64,000 bases of DNA, taken from contig CDMY01000158.1 in the NCBI GenBank assembly GCA_001179505.1, positions 62,001 to 126,000 on the forward strand. The letters are read 5' to 3'. Below the pieces are notes generated by a model. The model searched no databases and had not been told where the DNA came from. It was given only the letters and a program-made list of their open reading frames with translations. A program made the translations under genes and the position numbers. This stretch comes from Vitrella brassicaformis CCMP3155 (lineage: Eukaryota; Protista; Chromerida). Positions 12,783 through 25,500 of the stretch are shown here, piece by piece (within the stretch, counting starts at the first letter, position 1; each line of letters opens with the position of its first letter).

Positions 12783-14107
12783 TTCCGAATCAACCACCTT
12801 CCAACTTGTGTGTCATCCAGACACAGACACGGCTCCTCAAAAGCAAAGAAAGAGAGGAGAGATGCGCGCGAGCTGTAAGCTCGCAGTTTTCCGCTGGGGC
12901 ATTCCGCTGGCATTGCGAACTGCTCGTCTGGAGCATTGCGGGGTGCAAGAGAGAGGAACAAAGCTGGTGAAACTGCCGTGCGCCGAGCGTCAATGGGCAA
13001 CATCCAATCTCACCTGCAGGAGCTGGGCTTTCCCGGTCTCTTCGACTGCTGCGAAAGGGTCAGCGGCGCGCACAAGACAAGAATGCTGCTCGACGATTTT
13101 CTTTCCCTGAGGCTCTTCATTCTCTCTATGTATGCGCGTGTGTTTGTCAAACGTTCAGCCTGCCGTGGACGTGGCGAGTGATGTGAGGTTATTGGATGAT
13201 CAGGACACACGGCAAACAGCCAACACGAACCCCTTTACAGGGTGAGAGAGATTGAACGGACATGCACTTTGTGTCTATCCTGCTCTCTCTGCTTGTGGTT
13301 GGGTTGTTTCTTTGTGCACACAGTGACAAGAACAGGGTAGAGTATTCTCAGTATGCGAGTGCATACAACGGCGCGCCCAGCACCGACACGAATGCCACAG
13401 AGGCGACGGCAGCCAAGCCAAACGAGGCGGCGAAACAGTGAGGCGTCGGTACCGACGCCGCCCTTGAATTGAACGTGACGAATGGGTGTGAAGAATGACG
13501 TGGCGAACGGATGAGTCTTTATATTAATTTGCAAGTGAGAGGGCGCACTTTTCTTCCTATGCGTGCCTGCCTGCCTGTCTGCTTGTGGTGCTGCCTTGAG
13601 TGTCAATCGCGTCGTCGACGCGGGCGAGGCGCTCTTGCCATCTCTTGCCTCCCTCCCTCTCTTGTGTGGCGATTCTGCGTGTGTACAGTCAGTTTCTGCA
13701 TGTGCGTTGGTTTCGGTGCGAGCTGCACGCTATATGACGTTTTCTTTTTTTTTTGGTTGGTTGGTTGGTTGGCTGGCTGGTTGAATGATGTTCGCTACCG
13801 CGCGGCGCACTATGGTGGCGGCCACAGCTGTGCGCGCACATGACTGTGACAGGTGACGTGCGTGTCCGGCTGTGCCCGTCGACCGAGTGCGTTGGCGGAA
13901 GGTGAACACATGCATACATACATACATGAAGGTCTTGTAGGACACCGTACGAATGGAGTGTATTTGTTGGCTAGACGATTCAAGTACAGACCCTGGCTGA
14001 TGTGGGCGAGAGAGGTTCAGTGACGGTGAACAGCTGCTGTTTCGGCGGATGCATCAATTTCATTGTCACATCTCATGCACATCCATCCATCAGGGTAAGT
14101 CGAGTAC

Positions 14108-15965
14108 TCAAGTAACGCCCCTTCCCCTCCCCTGCACACATTTATCCAGTAGGCTCATTTCCTCATCCACACACCGCACCAGCGTATCGATAAACCACCG
14201 GTACCCATCAGACACGCCATTGCTGCCCTCGCTCGTTGCGGATGGGTCGCTCAAAGACGCTATGACGGTGGAAGACAGAGACCACCAAGCAGACAATCGC
14301 TCGCTGCACAACCCCCGCAGATACGATGCCGCCTGACCGCCACACCACAGCCACACATTTGTATGTACTTCGGTGCATTACTCTGGCGCTTGTTGACCTT
14401 GCCCCTCTTGTCGCCTGTATCCCCTTCGGCGGCCCCCATCGCATCCACCAGACAGCCGACAGCGGTGTCTGCGTGTGGGTCATCGCCGCGGTAGATGATG
14501 CCCGGCTGATCGAAGCTGTCGTGAGTGAGACATGGCGGTGGCGCGGGAGATGGGGCGGGGTGGTCGAAGGGTGGTCGCGTGAGGTCCACGGGCAGGAAGG
14601 GGCCGACGGGATTGTCCGCCAATGTGAAGCCATAGGTCAAAAGCAGGCGAAGATTGGAAAATTCGCCGTACGATATAAACACCTACAGCCAGCCAGCCAT
14701 ACACGCACTCCCAGGGCTTCAGGTCATCAATCGCATCTCATCCTGCTTGCTGCAGACTGACCGACCGGGTCTCCTTGTTGGATGGGCCGTGTGGCTCTGA
14801 CGTCAAAGTAGCCCATCTCGCTCTCCTCGATGGCAGCGCTGAAGACCACACTAGCAGACAGCCCTCGACTCGACAAGAGACGTCTGTCCCCCTCCTCTCC
14901 CTCCCCATCTCACTCACTTGTGGTCATAGTGGTGGTTCAGCAGGTCTATCACCGGCATAAACGCATACCCCTCCTCGCCCAGCCAGTGCACCCGCGACCG
15001 CAGCAGGGCGTACGCCCACACAATCCTCTCCTCAGTCACCGCGGCACCATCCACCAAATGCCCAAGACGCTCGCCGGCAATGACCGGGATGCGGCTCGTC
15101 AGGTTGCGGGCGACCGAAAAGAGTGAGTCATCCGTCATGTTGGCCACCCTCTCCAGGTCGGCAGAAAGGGAAAGGAAGCTGAGGGCGCTGTGGATGTCAG
15201 CGAGAGAGGGGAGGGTGGCGAACCATGCCGCAAAGCGTTGGTTCGCGTCTGGGTCGTCGCCCGTGTGCCATTGATGGTGGGCATGCAGGAAGCCCATAAG
15301 CAGGGACTCGACGTTGCTGCATCTGAGGGGGCCGGAGAAGGCCTCGCAGGCCTGTATGTGGGGGTGGATCGACCTGTAGGAGAACGTCAGGTTGGCGGGA
15401 ATCCGGAGGAGAAGATCGTCTGTGGTCACGTCGTTTGCGGCGGTTAGTCCCCTGATGAGTCCCCTGTCAGAAGGGGAGGGCGAGGGGAACGGCGAAGGGG
15501 CATGATGGCCTGCAGTGAATCAGCACACCCGCCCATCTGGTAGGTAGGTCTGTCTGTCCATGTTACATACCTACCTGGTATGAGGTGAATGACGGACCCC
15601 CACGTGCGCCACTGGGTCAACAGCTCGGTGAGCAGCGACTGTGACTCATCCTGTTACGTTACACACACACCCAGAGAGATACACAAAGAAAGAAACAAAG
15701 GCACTAACCATCCGCCGCCATGCTCCCTCCCTCCATCATGCTACCTACCTACCTCGTTCCAGACATAGCTGACGAGGTGGGCGGCGAGTGCGATAAGCAC
15801 CACCAGCAGCAGCAGCGGTGCCGCCCGCAGCATCCACGACCAATCAGCGCTCCAGGGGCTGGATGCCTCCTCCTCGATGGCATCCATCGGCTCATCCCGC
15901 AGCGACGAAAAGGAAGAGCCCGAGTCGGGCGGCGGATGGGTAGACTTGTGGCGATGGCGCACCAT
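14108..15965 (-). CDS. SET-domain lysine methyltransferase (Rubisco LSMT/SETD3-4-6 type) with an N-terminal transmembrane anchor
   Basis: Exons 15965-15753, 15650-15571 and 15463-~14918, then ~14850-14765, 14682-~14405 and ~14334-14108. Motifs PGRGL, MPVIDLLNH, VRATRPIQQGD, FISYGEFSNLRLLLTYGF. Hydrophobic segment AAPLLLLVVLIALAAHLVSYVW in exon 1. Confidence 0.85.
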
Positions 15966-16508
15966 TCTCACACCGCGATGCGGTCACCCGTCGATGGAAT
16001 AGATGTGCAGACGATATCTTCTTCACCTGCACACACAGAGAGGCAGAAAACACACAACGAGATGAGCGGGAGCTGCATACACGGCAGATAGGCGTCGAGC
16101 AGACATGCAGATGCAGATGTCGTACCCAGTAGTCGGGCCGTCAAAAGACTCAAAACACCAAAATGACACCATCGTCGGCACACACACAGATCCACGGCGT
16201 CAGAGCCACGCCAGATGCGCATGCTCCTTCAGCCACTCCATTTGCGAGCTGTCGGTCGACCGGAGAACAAAACCCAAGAGCAGCAGCGTGTAGCAGGGCG
16301 TGAACACAGCAGGCGACCAAGCTGGGAAGAAAGAGCGTCGAGAAACCGACGCTTTGACTGTATTTTCAATTGACCCTCGGCACGCGCAGCCGATGCGTCC
16401 CGTGTGAGCTGCTGGCATAACCAGCAGCCTCATCCGGAGCGACAGCAAGCGATCAAGGTTTGCTCAGTTTGCCCCAGGAAAGCCCCCCTTGAGTAGTGAT
16501 AGCCGGGG

Positions 16509-19500
16509 ATGATGGCCAAGGGCGCGTCGTATCTGTCCGAATACACCATCTTGGGTCAGTCAGCACACACGACACTCGAACACAAACACCGATGGATTGA
16601 TGGGTTCCCTTCCATACCACACCCTCACCTCTCCCGGTGGGTCCATGCTCACCGTCGTGTCTGTGTGTGTGCCTGTGGGTGCGTGTGTGTATGTGTCAGG
16701 GCGTCTCCGGTGGCAGGACGGCGCGGCCACCGACGACGAGGAGTTCACCCTCATCAACGGCGCCCATCGCACTCTATGTGACCTGCACCAGCACACCGAT
16801 GCAACAGCCGCACACTCGCCGGCATCCCAGTCGGCACCCCACCCCCCCAGGCCCTCTGACGAGGACGCGCGTGAGGTGCTGCAGACGCTCTACTGCCTCA
16901 TAGCGTCTCACCTGGCCAACCAGAAGCCCACCAACGGCCTCCCCTCCACCTACACCCCCACCCCCCCAAGAGTACAGCCCCTCTCGCGTGAGGAGCCCTC
17001 GGACGTCACCATCAGCCTGGAGCCCTTCACGGGCACCGAGGCGCTCCCCGAGATGGTCGATCGGGTGCTGGGCGGCCTTGATTCAGACCGGTCGTCGGCT
17101 GGCGCTGCCGATGGGACCGGTGCGGCCGACGACCTTCCTGTGTGTCACTTGCCGGACGCGTTGCGTCAGAACCTGATGCTGCCATCGCTGGTGCGTGACG
17201 GCGCCATCCCTCCCCCCATGCGGCGCCTCAAGGCAGCACTCAGCACATACCAGCACCAGGCCAAGACCGACGGCGCAATCAAACTGGACGCTGCCGGCCT
17301 CACCGCTGCCGTGTCCAACTCCACCTTCTCCCGCATCTGGGATGCCGCGTCGGGCGACCTCGGCGACCTGCTGGTGTCGCCCCTCCTGTCGCTCGTCATG
17401 GATGGGGCGTTGAGCGGCGGCCCCCTCAGTGGCGCCCGGGCGGGTCTTCACACCATGGCGTCGGCCGACACCTCTGCGTCGCCCATCAGCACGGTGGGTG
17501 TGGTGCAGCCGGGGATGGCCCCGATGGAGAGCGACGCGCCGCCTCTGCTGCAGTCCTACCTGACGGATGCCTATCGGGTGCTGTGCCAGCAGCGGCCGCT
17601 GGCGGCCCTGAGCAAGGTCAACCGGGGCGGGGGGGGCGGGGCCTCGCCCGCATCTTCCCTGCAATCGAGCTTCAACGAGCCCTTCGCCAAGGTGCTCAAC
17701 GAGGTGTGCCTGTCGTTGCTGCGGCGCGCTCTCCGGCAGAGCAGCACCGCGAGTGTGGGCGTGTCGTGTCTGAACGTGCTGCTCATCCTGTCGCTGCACC
17801 TTGGGTCCCTCCAGCAGTTCCTGCGCTTCTTCGACGCACTGTGGTCGCAGCTCATCCTCCAGAGATACTACCCACACATCCCGCCGCCGTCACGACACAA
17901 GCCCAACGTGCCCTTCCAGAGCATCATCCGTGAGGGGGTCGAGAGCGACGCCAGCAGCCCCCAGGCGTCCTCCCCTCCCCTCTCGTACGCCTCTCGCGTC
18001 GGCTCGGGGCTGGCCATGGGTGTGGGTGGCGTGACGTCTGGGAGCTACCCCTCAGTGGTGCATCTGGACCTGCTGGCCATCCAGTACCCAGTGTCGTTTG
18101 TGGGCAGCGGCCCAGGAGTGCCGAGCAGCAAGTCGCTCAAGGACGGCAAGTCGGGCAACACCCACCGCTTCCCCCACTGCGGCGCATATGCCTTCCAGGT
18201 GGTGCTGGCCGTCTCGTCGGAGGACCCCGCCATGGGCGGCGACGCCTGGGAGAGCCCTCGCACGGTGCTCGGCTTCTCGTTTGCAGTGGGCCGTGATGGG
18301 AACGACAGCAGCCAGCTGCCGATCAACGAGAGGGCGTTTCTGCGCATCGAGGTCGAGGGCGGCACACTGACGCTGCTCGGGGACAGACTCAACGAAAGAG
18401 ACTGGGTGCAGCCGGCGGGACTCACTGAGGTATCGACGACACACCGATGGGTTCACACACGCACACGCACACGCACACACACTCCTTTCTTTCATGTGTG
18501 TGTGCCGTCTTGTCTTGTGTGCTCAGATTGGTGTTCGTGACATATCGGGTCAGCAGGCGATCAGCCTGGACATCTTGATCGACCAGAGCCGCATCCCCAC
18601 CTTCGACGACACCCCCGACGACCGATCGAGCAAGAGCGGCGACATCGTGATATACGCCGACGGCGACCTGGTGTACCGCAGCCCCATCCCCTCCCCACCC
18701 GCCCCCCAACACACCAACATATTCGTCGCCGCACGCAACCAGCTGGTCTTCTCCGCTGAGACGGCACCCAAGGACTCCAAAGTCGACGTTGTCCCCATAC
18801 CCAGCTGGTCATGCAACTTCGTGCGCGAGCTGCACCACCGAAAGCTCATCGGCACCAACGGGTGGTCGGCGCGACGATCGGCTTCCCACAGACAGCGCAC
18901 ACTCGCCGGCAGCTTCGCGTCGAGGAGGGGCCAGAAGGGCCAGCCCATCTGCCCGCCGGTCGCCATCCCCGGCGCCCCCCAGGGCCTGGCCGCCCCGGCA
19001 GACAGTGCGTTCTTCCAGTCCCCTACTGTCATCCGCAACCAGACGGGGGCGGAGGGGCCCTCGACGGCCGATCCACCCGCTACTGCTGCAGCAGCAGCAG
19101 CTGGTGCATCGACAGGCAGGGCTGACGGGCCGATAGAGATGGTCCCTGACATGGACGGAGGTCTGGCGGCGTTCGGTGGCAGCCCGGTGCCCGAGGGTCC
19201 TTCCCTGGAGCCGCTGGAGCTGTCGGCCCGGTGTGCGGCGACTCTGCATCGCATTGTCATGAGGAGCGACCGTGCGGTGCCGCACTTTCCTAACATGGAC
19301 GACGACCCTCTACGGCATCTGTTCCTCTTTCCCTCCAGCTCGCCACCCTCCCTCGTCCTCCGCACACTGGAGCTTTTCGTGGGGGTCATGGAGTCCATCT
19401 GTGAGCTGCTGAGACGATACGGCGACCGCAGCGGGGCGAGGTCACGGTCGACCACCCGGGACAGGGCACAGCGGTCCAACGAAACCGACACGATGGAGAT

Positions 19501-22500
19501 CACCTTGAAGATCGAGGCCTACCCCGACCAGTCGGGACAACAGGGCGGACAGGGGCAGGGAGATTGCACTGAGGATGGTGGCGACGGGGACAGGGAGGTG
19601 GAGGAGGAGATGATGGTGGACCGCGACATGGAGGCGTGGCAGCGGGCCGTGGAGACGGCCTGCTCCCTCGTGGGCGTCCTCAAGTACCTGCTGGAGGACA
19701 ATAGCGGCAACGGGTGTGTGCGGGAGGCTCTTCAGAAGCACGCACAGCCGGCACTCACCATCCGCCTCCTCGACTGCATGCTTTTCTTCCTACAAGTGAG
19801 AGAGGAGACAGGGTCAAGACACAACCAATACCATACAGCACAGCACAGCAGCCACCCTCTGTCTGAAACGCCTTGCCTTGCTTGTGTTGTGTGTCACAAT
19901 GTCACAATTTCAGGTAGAGGACCCGTTCACTTCGCCGCTGCATCGGCACGGGGCGGCCACGCCCCCGCCGTCCGATATGGCCACCGACGCGGCGAGCCGG
20001 TGGCAGTGGTGCCGTGTGGGCGTGGCGTGGCTGCTGCACCGCATCACTCTCAAGGCCGTGGCGGCCGCCCACCCTCTGATACTCAAGATCATCTTCTGGC
20101 GCGCACCCGCACACCAGCTCTGCAGATTCCTATCTATTCTCGCCACAAGGAGACCTTACGAGGTCAGTAACTAACGTAACGTACACCTATCACATCACCC
20201 ACCCGGCATGGCAGTCCTCTGACTGATATGCATAACATGCTTACTTGTGGGTGGGTTCCTGTATGTGTCTGTCTCAGTCGGGGCTCGTGCAGGGTCTGTT
20301 AAGTCAGTTGGAGGAGAAGGGCGTCACCGCCATCATAGTCAAGTAAGGGAATGGCATGACAAGCAGCGACGTCGCGGTCAGAATGAATGGTATGATTCTA
20401 TCGCTTCATCCCATCCTTCAGGCACATCTTCAGCGAGGCGGGCTCCGCCCGCCCACAATCTGCCCAGTCACCCTTCCTGTCACCGGCCAGCCCCGGCACA
20501 CCACTTTTCCCGAAAGGTGAGGAAGCTAGTGAGATGAACAGACACAGACTCAAGGCTTGTGTGCATCATGTGTGTATGTCTCTCTGTCTGCCTGGTCTGT
20601 CTGCGCAGCGTGGGGCACTTTATTGGGTGGGGGTCCAATCCCGTCCCCCCTGCTGTCCCCCCGCCAGCCGGCCACCCCAAGCCCCACACCGGGCGGCAAG
20701 CGACGGCCCCTGGAGGGATCCAACTTCTGGCAGTGCTTCAACGAGATGGTGCGGCGGGCAGAGAGGCAGTTCCAGGCCGTGGCCAGGCGAAAGGACGCCA
20801 TCAAGGACAGAGAGAGGGACGAGACCGACGAGACAGTCGAGGCGGTGGGCAGTGACGAGCAGCGGTCCGTGGTGCATGAGCGGGAGTTGGAGAGCTGCCT
20901 GGAGGTGCTCGACCCAATGGTCAGCTTCTCGTCCAACGGTGTGCTCGTGGGGGGCCGCATGGTGACCAGCGACGAGCTGGGCTTGTCGCATGTCCGGCTG
21001 CGCAAGCCGCGGAAAGATGCCACTCTGGGCACGGCTGGTGAGGTGGCAGGTGTGCTGGCTCGGCACGCGACCAAGCAGATGATATGGGGCATCCTCAACA
21101 TGCTGCAGAAGGAGGCCTCCAAGACAGGCCAGGTGTCCACCCAGAGCCAGCCGGGGCGGAGCCAACGGAACAGCCCCTCCCCCCCTCCATCCTCTCACGA
21201 CGACTCTCAGCGCGGCCGCTCGTCCAGGAGCCCCAGGCAGCCATCGTCGCCCGCCCCATCCGGCGGCGGCATGGGCCCCGGCACATCCTCACTGGAAGAG
21301 GCGTGCGCGATTCTGGAGGAGATCATGCGGATGCTGCTGTCCAACGGGCACCGGGTCATGGCCACTCTGGCGGACGTGGTGGGCCCACTGGGCACACCAC
21401 CACGCAACGGCTTCGACGGGCCGGCCGCACTCATGCACCGCGTGGCGTTCGCAACGGAGGCGACGGTGGGTGTGGAGGCGGGGGTGCTGCTCGACGGCTC
21501 CACCATTCTGCACACGGCCGTGCTGCCGTGTCTGGGCAACCTGACGGCTCTGACGTCGGCGCCTCCGTCGCCCTCCAACCTTCGTGTGCTTGCTCTGCTG
21601 CTCCGACTGTGGCCGCGTATTCTGAGGCTGGCGCTGAGGTGCCTTCTCGTCACCCGACAGATATCCACTCTGTCTGCCGTGTCGCGACAGGTACACACTT
21701 GAGGGAGACAATACATATATCTGTGTGAATGCATTCAGTCAGATGATGGATGATCCGGGTGTGTGTGTCATCTGTGTCAGGTGTTCCATCCGATAGTCGA
21801 CTTCTCAGTAGGCGTGGTGAGCGTGACGTGTCACTTCCTGCTGTGGTTCTCGCGAGACGCCACTCAGTACATCCACCCCCCATCCAGCCCCGACTCACCG
21901 TCGCCCGTCCTACCCCCCAACGCATCCCTGCCCCCGCTGCTCGTCGCCGGCGCCCGCTACGTCCCCTCGCCGCAGGGCCACGGACTCAACGCTGTCGAGC
22001 ACGCCCTCCGCAGCATCACACTCACCCTCATGGAGTGCTCCGCCCCCTCGCCACAGACGGGGTCGACGCATGTCAACCCCCACTCTCTCCCGAGGGGCGT
22101 GGCGGATTTCGTGGAGGCCTTCCGTCTGGCGTCTGTGCGTGAGGCGGCCAACGCGGCTGCAGCAGAGGAGGGAGGCGGCGAGGCGAGCGGCAAGCGGCCT
22201 GCGCTGCCACTGACGCTCGGCGGGGGGCTGGTAGGGGGGACGGAGGAGGACCGTGCGCCGACAGCCTTTTCCATGAGTGTTTTGGAGGGCGACAAGGAGT
22301 TCCAGGAGGCATGCCCCAACTGGACACCATTCCACCCAAGCATCAAAGAGGTCAGAGAGAAGCCAAGCCAGTGTGCAACAGCTTGCTTGAATGAGCCAGA
22401 AAGCCATGTTTGTCCGTCTCTGTGCTGTGTGTGTTGGGGTGCTGTGTTCAGGTTGAGCGTGCGCTAGTGGCGTGTTTATTGCATCTGAGCGGGTATTCGG

Positions 22501-25500
22501 GCCCCCCCAAGTCGCGTGTGCCCACACAGGGAGGTGGGGCGGCAGCAGCAGCAGCGGCCGCGGCTCTGGACGACGCTGTGGAGCAGGCACCGACCGAGAT
22601 GGCGCCAGAGCTGAAGGAGGCGTTCAGTTTGGCTCGTCGTGCGGCCATGCGGCTGCTGGCTGACGTACAGCGCTGCTGTGCGACGGTGTCTCAGGGGTCC
22701 ACCAGCAACAGGGGAGAGGACGCATCACCTATCGCCATGGTCGAGGGGGTCAGTTGAGCAGCAACCAAACACCAAGAGAGAGAGGGCCCATTGAGCAATC
22801 AACACTGCCTGCCTGTCAATCAACACTGCCTGCCTGTCTTTGTATGTATCATATTGTGCAATCAGGTCCTGGGTGACGACAGCAGCCCCGCCGCAGCACC
22901 AGCCTCGCCCTCGCCCTTCAGCACGGGCATGAGCAAACACGCCGAGAAGAAGGAGGAGATCCTCGGGGCCGTCCTCAACAGATGCGTGTGGCTCCTCAAC
23001 ATCTGCCCTCGCGGCGTCTGTCGGCCCCGCACCCCGGCAACCGGCACATGGGCAGGCGGACAGGAGACCCTCAGACGGGCGGCACTCACCATCTCGAGCG
23101 GCTACCTGCGGTCGGCATCGGCTGCTGAGCAGGCTCTTTCCCTCATGCTGCAGAGTCCGCCCTCCCCCGCCCCTCCCAAGTCCCCCGAGATCCCCCCTCC
23201 CACCCAGCCGCCCAACGCGCCAGGAGGCGCCTCGCCCACCAACAACGGCAGCTCGGGAGCAGACACCCGCCAGACGCTCTCCAAGAAGCCATCGCTGTCG
23301 ACTGTCCATAGAGTGATTGGCTCGCATCGTGAGGCGGGGCGGCTGGTGAGGAATGTCGACCTGCTTGCTCGACTGCATGGGTCGAGGAGGGTGTCTTCGG
23401 CGCTGGAGCGAGGCGACACGGTCGGCCACTGGGCCCGGTCGGCGTCGATTGACGAGGAGGGGGCGGGTCATGGTGGTGATGGGGCGTGGTACGGCCAGAG
23501 TGGGGCTGCTGTCTCGCGGGACGACGCTGTGCCCATCGAGCAGGCCCCTGTCTCAGACCTACTTGGACACTTCCTCAGTAAGCCAGCCACACCAACCAAC
23601 CAACCAGCCAACCGACACAAAGAGGTGACGTGCCCGTGGTCGATCCTGTGTTCCCTTCAGGCTTTTTGTGCCAAGGTCCTGACGTCAAGGTGGCCGAGGA
23701 TGCCCTCCGCATCGAGCACCTCAGCTCACTCTTCCACTACATCACACTCAGGAGCCTCCGCGCCCTCCTGCTTGCCGGCCTCTGTGCGCAGATCCCCCGC
23801 GTCGGCCCGCGTGGCGCCACCTACCAGGCCGACAGCGGCAAGGGCGGGCAGGGCACCCGCTCATTCCCCAAGACGTGGTCCTCCGACGACCTGGAGCCGC
23901 AGGGCAAGCAGCTGCCCCACTCTGGGTCGGGTGGCGTGGAGGCCAGGCTGCCGCTGTCTTTGCCCTACTCGGATTTCGGCATGGGTCGCAAGTGTACATG
24001 GCCCGTCATCCTGGACCTGCTGGTGGGGCCGGTGCTGCCGCCATCACACGCTTACCAGGAGGGGTCGGGGGCCGACAGGGAGCTGCCGGCCGTGGCGGTG
24101 CGGTACGGGGGGTGGCTGCTGCTGTCGACGCTTCACGCCGCGTGTCTGCAGCTGCTTGCACGGCGGTCGGTGGTGACGGGCAGTGGGACCAGCACTTTGA
24201 GCGCACAGGCGATGGTGCCCTTCGGGCTGCAGCCCATCTCTGAGACCGTGCGAACCACCATGAATGAGATGATATGGTGAGTGAGACACACGAAAAAGAA
24301 AGGGGCTTGCTTCCTGTCTTGTTGTATGTATGTATGCGTCATGTTGGTTCGGTTAACTGCAGTGGGGTGACCGAGTGGCACTTGCAGCGCAACCCCCCGT
24401 TTGTGTACAACCTGGTGCAGTCGACCTCCTCCTCCCTCGACCACGTCTTCACAGCGGCGCCCGACGACGCCCTGTGGGTGGAGGCCACACTGCGCCTGCT
24501 GGTCTTCCACGTCTGCACCAAGACCAGGCCGCTCGACACGGCGAGGTACGTCGTGCCCTTCCTCCACCACCTGCTGCAGGTGGCCTTCCCGCCGCTCCAA
24601 CGACTCGTCGACCACCGCGGCAACGGACCCCGGACGGACCTCACCCCACAGACAACAGTGCCGCTGGAGAGGGCCGTCACGGCAGTGGTCGTGCGGCGCT
24701 ATGACGTGGCAGCCGAGCACGTCGTTGACAGGCTGCCGCTCGAGGGCTTCACGACGCTGTCTAAGTTCCAGTCGGGCAACCGTGTGTGGGTGCTCATGTC
24801 CCAGGCGCAGGGCAAGGCCCCGGCGTTCACGCCGCCCCTCTCAGACCTCTCGGTGCAGGAGTGCTCCGAGGAGCAACCCGACACACAACCACCACCACTA
24901 CCACCAGCACCAGCAGCAGGAACGCAGCAGCAACCACAAGCGGCATCGAGAGGCGATACAGTGGTCCGCAGGGCGCCCTTCGCGCACCGTTCATCGTCAG
25001 CTCTGGTGACGTGGCTGCTGACGGGCAAGGCGGCGGGTGAGGCGAGTGGTGACCAGCTGGCCATCGCCGACTGCCTGTTGGAGGTCCTGCCTCTGGCAGG
25101 CCGGCGGGACTCCGAGGCGCCCGATGTCGAGGAGCGTTTCCAGCAGCTGCAGGACAGCGGCTTCACGTACGAGGGGACTTTGCGCTATGACGATGCCGAC
25201 GGGGCGCAGCTGTGGAGCAAGAAGAAGCGGCTCGTCACCGCACACCCCACCGCACGGGGCGCCGACGTCCCCGAGGACGCTGAGGCCGAGTTCCCCACAG
25301 CAGCGTACAAGGAGTCGTCGCAGAGGCTCAAGCACCGCTCGTGGAAGCTCTTTGAGACGGCACTGTGGGCCGTGCTGGGCATCGGCAGCGACGCCAACCC
25401 CTCACGCGCAGGGGCGTCGAGCAGCGACACCAGCCAGAGGAAGGACGCGGGCTGGGTGCGCAAGGCGGCCATCCAGGACGGGCAGAAGGACGAGGGGCAG

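Noticed and set aside
13010-13945. Short ORFs and a hydrophobic stretch upstream of the XKR gene
   Set aside because: Could not be linked in phase to any gene; likely UTR or intergenic
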